From assembly GCA_001822675.1 (NCBI GenBank), contig MHRY01000048.1, positions 1 through 44,778 on the forward strand: a DNA stretch of 44,778 nt, read 5' to 3'. The number at the start of each line of letters is the position of its first letter. Position 1 is the stretch's first letter. Positions 36,376 through 42,939 of the stretch are shown here, in pieces. Position numbers and translations under genes: made by a program. The stretch is from Candidatus Taylorbacteria bacterium RIFCSPLOWO2_01_FULL_45_34b (GTDB lineage Bacteria; Patescibacteriota; Minisyncoccia; Phycocordibacterales; DSPV01). The notes under the pieces were generated by a model, which was given only the letters and a program-made list of their open reading frames with translations, was not told where the DNA came from and ran no database searches.

Positions 36376-37172
36376 ACTGCTACCGCTCCTTTCAGTTTTT
36401 CTTCAAGGGCTTTCGCTATCCGCACATTGAGAGCGTCAGCAGCTGCTGCCGGATTTTTCGCTCCATTTATTTCACTGCCAATGACAAGCCAGTCGGCACC
36501 GTTTGCGATTGCCACTTCCTGTGTCAGCACATTCTTCTGGTCCTGATGATCGGCGCCGGGCGATCGAGTGCCGGGGATTACTTTGATTAACCGTTCGATT
36601 TGTATCTCCGGATTTTCCTTACGCTTGTAGAATTTCGCCAGAAACTGAAGTTCTTCGGGCGAACAGATGAGGCCGTCACAGCCAGCGTATGAAGCCGTGC
36701 GAGCATAGTAGAGAACTTGAGCCTTTCGAGAGCGACCAAACTCAATCTCCACTTCTTCGGTCAAAATACTTGTTAGGGCCGATACGGCAAGGATCTGGGC
36801 GTTGCCCTTGTTGGCAACTGCAGCCATCATTCCTTCAACTGTTGCGTTGGCATGAACGTTGATGAACTTTACTCCGCGTGCCGCCGCTTCCTTGACTGCT
36901 TTGCCAATAGTTCGAGGCACATCGTCTGGTTTGCCATCCCAAAAGACGTGGAAACCTCGTCTTATCGCACATGTCGCGACTTCTCCAGCAATTTGAGCAG
37001 TGATCAACTCCAACCCAACCTTAACCACTCCAATCCTTTCCACCCCCACTTCGTCCATAAGTTCACATGCCCTTCCAATAGTGTTTACGTCAAGCGCAAG
37101 AATTATCTTGCTTTTGTTTTCTTGAGGAGGACTCATAATTAACAGAGTATTGATTTGTGTCGTGTACATCAT
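36372..37172 (-). CDS. pyrF: Orotidine 5'-phosphate decarboxylase
   Basis: LALD, KVG, DGKPDDVPRT (D-x-K-x-x-D), LTS, PGTR...DQ and LVIGSEI..A.NP. The start may instead be ATG 37136. Confidence 0.85.
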   Translation of the reverse strand: MMYTTQINTLLIMSPPQENKSKIILALDVNTIGRACELMDEVGVERIGVVKVGLELITAQIAGEVATCAIRRGFHVFWDGKPDDVPRTIGKAVKEAAARGVKFINVHANATVEGMMAAVANKGNAQILAVSALTSILTEEVEIEFGRSRKAQVLYYARTASYAGCDGLICSPEELQFLAKFYKRKENPEIQIERLIKVIPGTRSPGADHQDQKNVLTQEVAIANGADWLVIGSEINGAKNPAAAADALNVRIAKALEEKLKGAVAV

Positions 37173-37225
37173 GACCTACTTCCAAAAGGAAGTGATCAAA
37201 CTGGAAAGTAGACTACAGGAGAGCA

Positions 37226-37272
37226 GGAGAAAAGACAATGCCCCCGTCCCGAGGCTTCTCGAGGACGGGGGC
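37226..37272 (-). terminator. Intrinsic terminator of rpsP (CCCCGTCC-CGAG module)
   Basis: The minus strand reads GCCCCCGTCCTCGAGAAGCCTCGGGACGGGGGC followed by ATTGTCTTTTCT. Confidence 0.7.
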
Positions 37273-37286
37273 AGTTTGTTTAAATT

Positions 37287-37673
37287 TTAGGCTTTTGGAG
37301 TTTCGGGGACTGGCTCTTCTTTCTTTTCTTCAACCTTTACCTCTTCCGAAGCTTTTGAAGCTTCGGAAGCTCCTGAAGCTGGTTCCTTGTTCTTCGGCGG
37401 GCTCTTTCGGGGCAAAACATTTATTTTTTTGCCGGTGATAATCTTTTCACTCAAAAGAAGATTGTGCATGGTATCCGTTACTTTCGCGCCCATAGACATA
37501 AGGTGCTTAATCCGGTCAGCAGAAAACTGTTTAATGCCATTCTTGCGAGGGTCATAGGCGCCGAGGGCCTCCAAATACTTGCCGCTTTTGGTTGAATTTC
37601 GCTTATCAGTCAAAACCACGCGGAAAATGGGTACATTCTTTCGGCCAACGCGCTGTAATCGAATCATTAACAT
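37287..37673 (-). CDS. rpsP: 30S ribosomal protein S16 with a low-complexity acidic/Lys C-terminal extension
   Basis: MLMIRLQRVGRKNVPIFRVVLTD. The start is at 37673; the upstream part of the track ORF is not S16-like. Confidence 0.92.
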   Translation of the reverse strand: MLMIRLQRVGRKNVPIFRVVLTDKRNSTKSGKYLEALGAYDPRKNGIKQFSADRIKHLMSMGAKVTDTMHNLLLSEKIITGKKINVLPRKSPPKNKEPASGASEASKASEEVKVEEKKEEPVPETPKA

Positions 37674-37889
37674 CCGCAAAATGTAGCATAAAAAGGCGCA
37701 TTTTTGCAAGCTCCAGTAAACAAGAAACAATAATCAAACAAATTTCAAACATCAATATTCAAAAAATTCCCTTCGATGTTTGAAGATTGGTTATTGGGTA
37801 TTGTTTGGTGTTTGTATCTTGCCCGCCCGACTGAACGATAGTAGTCGTTCGGGCGGGGTGTTTGGTTATTATGCCTGAATTTTGCTACT

Positions 37890-39851
37890 ATGCTCTCTAT
37901 GAAACAACCCCGCCGGAAAGAAAAAGAAAGAAACACAAATAAACCCCTGGAAAGCATCATAAGTGTCAACTCAAAAGGGGTTGGTTTTGTTGAGCATCCG
38001 GATTTTGAAGATGATATTCGAATCGAGGAAGACAACATGAACACTGCCTTGCACGGCGACACAGTCCGCGTTTCGTATAAAAAAGAAGGACGAGAAGTGA
38101 GGGGTACAGTAACAGACATTATCAAACGCGCTCGAACTCGTTTTGTTGGAAGTGTTGAAAAAAATGACGATCAGTTCACTCTTGTCACCGACGATAAAAG
38201 AGTGTACGTGACCATGCGAATTGTTGGCGGCAATGATGAGATGATTGGCAAAAAAGTGCAGGTTGAAATGGAACCATGGAGTAATCCGAGAGAAAGTCCA
38301 AGAGCCGTGGTACGAAAAATCATTGGCCAAAAAGGCAACAATGATGCCGAAATGGAATCAATCGTGCTCGAGAAAGGACTCGCCATTGATTTTCCGGAAG
38401 AGGTGAAAGCTGAGGCAGATAGAATTGGGAGGGAGGCCGCGATTTCTGCCACAGAAATCGCGGCCCGACGTGACTTCCGCCACACTCCAACCTTCACCAT
38501 CGATCCCGCCGACGCCAAAGACTTCGACGACGCCCTCTCCCTTCGAAAAATATCGGAAGACACCTATGAGGTCGGCGTACACATCGCCGATGTCTCTCAC
38601 TATGTCCGAGAAAACACCCCGCTCGATCGCGAAGCCAGCGCGCGCGGCTGTTCGATTTATCTTGTCGACCGAACCATTCCCATGCTTCCTCCAATACTGT
38701 CAGACAACCTCTGCAGTCTTCTTGAAGGAAAAGACAAGCTGACCTTCTCTGCTGTTTTTACTATGAAACGAACTTCTCGCGGCTGGATTGTGACAGAGCG
38801 CTGGTTTGGAAAAACAATTATCAACTCAAGCAAACGATTCAGCTACGAAGACGCCCAAAAAATCCTCAACGAAAAAACGGGGCGATACTATGAAGAGCTC
38901 AATATTCTAGATGGAATCAGCAAGCAACTGCGCGCCGAAAAATTCAAAAAAGGTGCCATTGATTTTGAGCAAGATGAAGTAAAATTCGTGCTCGACGCCA
39001 CCGGTCGACCGCTCCGAGTCTACAAAAAAGAGCGCCTCGACACGCATAAACTTGTCGAAGAGTTGATGCTTCTTGCCAACCGTGAAGTGGCGGAATACAT
39101 TTATCGTAAAGAAAAAGAAAGCGGCATGCGTAAACCTTTTATCTACCGTATTCATGATCTGCCAAAAGAAGATCGCATCACCGAACTCGCGCTTTTTGTT
39201 AAAGCTTTGGGACACGACCTTCCCATCGGCAAAGAAAAACTGAAAGCCAAAGACTTCAGCGTGCTTTTTGAAAGAATCCGCGGCAAGGGCGAAGAATCCC
39301 TCGTCAAAACCGCCGCCATCCGTTCCATGGCCAAAGCAATCTACTCAACAAAAAATATCGGGCACTTCGGCCTGGCCTTCCCCTACTACACTCATTTCAC
39401 TTCGCCCATTCGCCGCTATCCGGATACGCTAGTACACCGACTCCTCGATGCATATCTTTCAAATAAAAAAATGAGCGCAGAAACAATCCAAAAACTTGAA
39501 GGAAATGCCGCGGCAAGTACCGATCGCGAAATCGACGCGGCCGAAGCAGAACGCCAGTCCGTTAAATTGAAACAAGTCGAGTACATGAAAGAGCGAGTTG
39601 GTCAGACTTTTGACGGAGTTGTTTCAGGTGTTACCGAATGGGGTATTTACGTTGAAGATCGCGAAACAAAATCCGAAGGATTAGTCCGCCTCAAAGACCT
39701 CGAGAATGACTACTACGAAATTGACCAGAAAAACTACCGCGTCATTGGCAAAAAAACCAAAAAGAAATACACGCTCGGTGATCCCGTACGCTTCACAGTC
39801 ATGGGAGCAGACATTGAAAGAAAAACCTTGGATTTCAAGTTAAATTTGTAG
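37890..39851 (+). CDS. rnr: Ribonuclease R
   Basis: Cold-shock-like N-terminus, RNB catalytic domain (TIDPADAKDFDDAL, HIADVSHYV, HFGL..YTHFTSPIRRYPD) and a C-terminal S1 domain. Confidence 0.93.
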   Translation: MLSMKQPRRKEKERNTNKPLESIISVNSKGVGFVEHPDFEDDIRIEEDNMNTALHGDTVRVSYKKEGREVRGTVTDIIKRARTRFVGSVEKNDDQFTLVTDDKRVYVTMRIVGGNDEMIGKKVQVEMEPWSNPRESPRAVVRKIIGQKGNNDAEMESIVLEKGLAIDFPEEVKAEADRIGREAAISATEIAARRDFRHTPTFTIDPADAKDFDDALSLRKISEDTYEVGVHIADVSHYVRENTPLDREASARGCSIYLVDRTIPMLPPILSDNLCSLLEGKDKLTFSAVFTMKRTSRGWIVTERWFGKTIINSSKRFSYEDAQKILNEKTGRYYEELNILDGISKQLRAEKFKKGAIDFEQDEVKFVLDATGRPLRVYKKERLDTHKLVEELMLLANREVAEYIYRKEKESGMRKPFIYRIHDLPKEDRITELALFVKALGHDLPIGKEKLKAKDFSVLFERIRGKGEESLVKTAAIRSMAKAIYSTKNIGHFGLAFPYYTHFTSPIRRYPDTLVHRLLDAYLSNKKMSAETIQKLEGNAAASTDREIDAAEAERQSVKLKQVEYMKERVGQTFDGVVSGVTEWGIYVEDRETKSEGLVRLKDLENDYYEIDQKNYRVIGKKTKKKYTLGDPVRFTVMGADIERKTLDFKLNL

Positions 39852-39870
39852 TGTTTAATTACTACAAAAA

Positions 39871-39920
39871 CCCCGAGGTTGAACCTTTCTGTAGATCCAA
39901 GGTTCAACCTCGGGGTTTTT
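39871..39920 (+). terminator. rnr terminator; short form of the GGTTGAACC-core hairpin (copy c)
   Basis: CCCCGAGGTTGAACCTT-TCTGTAGATCC-AAGGTTCAACCTCGGGG plus T5. Confidence 0.85.
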
Positions 39921-39950
39921 GTAAGTGTCCAGTCTATGCAGATAACGCCT

Positions 39951-39983
39951 GGCCGTCTTCCGTTCACGGGAAGCGGCCTTTTT
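39951..39983 (+). terminator. Second intrinsic terminator, 30 nt after the rnr terminator
   Basis: GGCCGTCTTCCG-TTCA-CGGGAAGCGGCC plus T5. Confidence 0.7.
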
Positions 39984-40110
39984 GATTTCAATATTGGATT
40001 TTGCATTTACTTAAAATATGCTATTCTAAACAATAGATGCACAACGAACAGGCTCGCTCCCGACACGCGGCCACCCAGCAAAACTTGGGCGGCCTCTTTA
40101 CATAACCACT

Positions 40111-40180
40111 AAGGCTAAACCTTTCTGTAGATCCCCGCCTGCGTCCGACTTCAAACGGGCAGGCAAGGTTTAGCCTCGGA
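40111..40180 (+). repeat. GGTTGAACC-core nested hairpin, long form (copy b)
   Basis: It shares the exact 17-mer AACCTTTCTGTAGATCC with 39882..39898. Relative to the short form it carries a ~29-nt inner hairpin insertion. Confidence 0.65.
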
Positions 40181-40228
40181 GCTTTTAGAATTCTTTACTT
40201 ATTTTGCCCATTATGCTATACAAGAAGT

Positions 40229-40324
40229 GCGGCTTAAGAGCTAGCCCGCAAGATAAGAGATGCGTGACAAGGTCTCGAGTCTTCAGAGTGGCCTCCAACT
40301 GCTCCTTGGACGGCCACTTTTTTC
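40229..40324 (+). ncRNA. Putative small RNA, unit a of a tandem array
   Basis: TTTACT-17-TATACA (40194..40222), a 5' hairpin TGCGGCT..AGCCCGCA, and terminator GTGGCC..GGCCAC plus T7. Confidence 0.45.
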
Positions 40325-40359
40325 TTGCATAAAAATTTGATTCTTGATAACCTAACTTC

Positions 40360-40439
40360 GTGGAGGTTTGACCAACTCCACAACGCTGAAGGGCCACGGT
40401 AGCCGGATTCCCTAGAGGATTGGGGGATCCGGCTTTTTT
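40360..40439 (+). ncRNA. Putative small RNA, unit b
   Basis: TTGCAT (40325..40330)-17-TAACCT, a 5' hairpin GTGGAG..CTCCAC, and terminator GCCGGAT..ATCCGGC plus T6. Confidence 0.5.
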
Positions 40440-40489
40440 CTTTGCATAATTACTTGCATAAAAATGAAAGTTCGATATGATAATTCCTG

Positions 40490-40550
40490 TGGACATTGGA
40501 ATGTTCACATCGCATAATCCGGACTCTTCGCTTAGGGGAGTCCGGTTTTT
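40490..40550 (+). ncRNA. Putative small RNA, unit c
   Basis: TTGCAT (40454..40459) with an AT-rich -10 (ATGATAAT), a 5' hairpin TGTGGACAT..ATGTTCACA, and terminator CCGGACTC..GGAGTCCGG plus T5. Confidence 0.5.
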
Positions 40551-40601
40551 CTATTATGTAAATCACTTGCAGAAAAAACGGCGATTGGGTATCCTAGGAC
40601 G

Positions 40602-40684
40602 TGTGGCACCCGTTGTGTCCACATGGAACAGCTACCGGACCCTCCTTTCAACACTCCTCGTGAAAAGGAAGGGTCCGGTTTTTC
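40602..40684 (+). ncRNA. Putative small RNA, unit d
   Basis: TTGCAG (40567..40572)-17-TATCCT (40590..40595), a 5' hairpin GTGG..CCAC, and terminator CCGGACCCTCCTTT..AAAAGGAAGGGTCCGG plus T5. Confidence 0.5.
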
Positions 40685-40766
40685 TTTTATAAAAAGAGAC
40701 ACAAGAAAAACCGCTCCAAGCATGTACTCGGGGCGGCTTTTTTAATAAAACTCTTTATTTTTCTTT

Positions 40767-41819
40767 TCAAACCTCAAAAATCTTGGTCTGAATCCACTTT
40801 GAGACAAGACTAACAACTTCTTCTGTCGTCTCTTCGATCATCCAAACGCCAAGATCGAGGGTCAAATTGCCTCCGCCAATTCCCCTTCCATCAGAGGAAA
40901 GTTTGGCTCCACAAGATGATGATGGCAGACGCTCACGGAGAAAAATGTCGAGCGGATTGGTGATATCCGCGTTCCGAGCACTAATCCGGACCATCTTATC
41001 GATGATACCCCACACAACGACGAGCGTGACCCCGCTCATGCGAATAAGATCATCAGCAATGCTTGAGAGATCATCGCCATCAGATGAGCTGATCTTGCCT
41101 ATGTGCGTCACCAATTTACCACCCTGGACGACTTTATTTCGAAGTGCCCGTTCCACATTCACAAAATGGCTTTGCGGGAGCGGGTACCGGAAAAGTTGCG
41201 TCAAGTCCTGATTCGAGACCGCCGATGTCAGAACATTGTAGGCCAAGCGGTCGCGCTCGAAGCAGTCGGTGAGACTGCCTGTATCGGTGTGAATGCCGAG
41301 AGCAAGAAGCAAGGCGACAGTCTGATTGGTGTCTCCAAAACCAAAACCGAGCGACTGAATAAGTTCAGTGAGTATTGTCGAGGCCGAACCAACGTCCTCA
41401 ATCCAAACAAAGGTCTCATCCCTCTCCTTTATTTCACTGCCACGATGGTGGTCGATGACAATGAATGGATCGATTCTCTGGTCTGTCTGTGCCAGTAACC
41501 GGCCATCAGTGACTGAAGATGAATCAACAAGGATAACATTGTGGTTATCGCAGACACTGAACGATTTCATCGGCTTCATCCTTTTGAGGAGATCAAACCG
41601 ATTCACAATCGCTTGATTTTGAGGATGGCTTATTGACCCAGCGTAGAAGGTATTCACTTCGAGACCATTTTTCGGCCTAAGTTGGTTTACGAGCCATGCG
41701 ATGCCGCGGGCCGCTCCAAGCGCGTCGGGGTCAACCTGCGCGATAACGATTGAAATGTTCCCAGTCGCATTTTCGATAAGGCCACGAAATTTGGTAATTC
41801 TGTCTTCTGTTAGATTCAT
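40767..41819 (-). CDS. DHH-family phosphoesterase (NrnA-like nanoRNase/pAp phosphatase)
   Basis: DPDALG, VDSS, VIDHHRG, HTDTG and a DHHA1-type GGGN motif. Confidence 0.85.
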   Translation of the reverse strand: MNLTEDRITKFRGLIENATGNISIVIAQVDPDALGAARGIAWLVNQLRPKNGLEVNTFYAGSISHPQNQAIVNRFDLLKRMKPMKSFSVCDNHNVILVDSSSVTDGRLLAQTDQRIDPFIVIDHHRGSEIKERDETFVWIEDVGSASTILTELIQSLGFGFGDTNQTVALLLALGIHTDTGSLTDCFERDRLAYNVLTSAVSNQDLTQLFRYPLPQSHFVNVERALRNKVVQGGKLVTHIGKISSSDGDDLSSIADDLIRMSGVTLVVVWGIIDKMVRISARNADITNPLDIFLRERLPSSSCGAKLSSDGRGIGGGNLTLDLGVWMIEETTEEVVSLVSKWIQTKIFEV

Positions 41820-42022
41820 AAGGTCTTTCGATGTTCTGCGTTGTAGAGCCTTTGTTTATGGCCATGGTTTTAACTTCCGATCTGGTAAGATAATACCATC
41901 TTATTTATTTTAGTCAATACCTTCATCAATTTGGCACCTCCTATACCTTTATTAATGGAAAAGCTCGGGGGATCCCATCCTCTATCCGGGCTAATCTAAA
42001 CGTGGCGAGAAATCGCCATGAA

Positions 42023-42059
42023 CCACCGAATTACAGTTTACGCTGTCGGTGGTTTTTTT
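42023..42059 (+). terminator. Intrinsic terminator with no annotated upstream gene
   Basis: CCACCGA-loop-TCGGTGG plus T7, preceded by the hairpin TGGCGA-GAAA-TCGCCA. Confidence 0.6.
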
Positions 42060-42118
42060 ATGTGCTTGTATAGGAAGCGAAAAAAGAGCGCGAGCACTTT
42101 CGTCGCTGCATGATATTA

Positions 42119-42156
42119 AATTAGCAAATAGAAGCGATCGCTTCTATTTGCTAATT
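42119..42156. repeat. Perfect 38-bp palindrome, centre GCGA-TCGC
   Basis: AATTAGCAAATAGAAGCGA|TCGCTTCTATTTGCTAATT overlaps the stop codon of the 42155..42718 gene. Confidence 0.7.
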
Positions 42157-42718
42157 ATTTCACTTTATGAACAATATTCTTTAAGGACTCGGTTTTTAGT
42201 TCGGAGAAAGGAACAACTCTCGCAAAATCCCGCATTTGAAGCGTAAGTTCGATTGGAAATTCACCGCCACGGATGAGTTCTTTGATTCCAACCAAGGCTT
42301 TCGCTCCTTTCTTTTCTTGGAAATTCCAATTCATGTAACCCATCTCCGTGAACACTCCCGACGAAAGACCGACACAAAGAACAACGTCCGTTTTTGTAAT
42401 CAGTGTCCACAAAAGTTCATGCCAATCTTTTGTTTCAAGCTGGATGTCCGCGAACGCGAGATTCGAAAGATACGGTACGGTCTCCCAATCGAAGTCGTTT
42501 CTGGTGTAAAGCATCCGCAATTTCCCTCCGGCCTTACGGTAAGCATCCCCCGCAACCTTAAGCATCCCGCCGTAATTGTACATGGTGGTGAGTTCATGCC
42601 CCCCTATAGCAAGTTCTCGCCCAATTTCGGCAGCGAGTGTTTCAATTTCGGCAACAGATCGGCCTGTCGCTTTAGAAAGATTGTCGATGTTGGTGGGACC
42701 AATAAGACTTATTTTCAT
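42155..42718 (-). CDS. LOG/TIGR00725-like Rossmann-fold protein
   Basis: 187 aa. YGGMLKVAGDAY and GLSSGVFTEMGY resemble the GGxxGxM and PGGxGTxxE motifs of the LOG family. The assignment is tentative. Confidence 0.55.
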   Translation of the reverse strand: MKISLIGPTNIDNLSKATGRSVAEIETLAAEIGRELAIGGHELTTMYNYGGMLKVAGDAYRKAGGKLRMLYTRNDFDWETVPYLSNLAFADIQLETKDWHELLWTLITKTDVVLCVGLSSGVFTEMGYMNWNFQEKKGAKALVGIKELIRGGEFPIELTLQMRDFARVVPFSELKTESLKNIVHKVK

Positions 42719-42939
42719 AACTATATTTAATACTGCTCTAACTTTTAGCAGATGTCAACGCTTGCTACTCATTCGTCCTCTTTATATCCCGACGCTATTT
42801 AAAAACAGGTCGGGACTCCGACTTCTCGCCGCGAGAACGTCGGAGCTTAATACATTATATCCCGATTTTTGTGAGCAAAAATCGAGGATCCTCGACATTA
42901 CGAAGTAGTTGTCGGGACGTAATACTTTATACTTATTCG

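Noticed and set aside
40185-40723. ORFs 40185..40508(-), 40477..40692(+) and 40532..40723(-)
   Set aside because: Each crosses several terminator T-runs and promoter boxes of the tandem small units, so it is implausible as mRNA.
39860-40760. The possibility that the tandem units form a CRISPR array
   Set aside because: The repeated parts are promoter boxes and terminator stems of variable sequence and length. They are not identical direct repeats with regular spacers, and no cas genes are nearby.
41930-42059. A further small RNA upstream of the terminator at 42023..42059
   Set aside because: The hairpins (TGGCGA-GAAA-TCGCCA, then the terminator) are clear. However, I could not find a promoter with acceptable spacing, so I list only the terminator.
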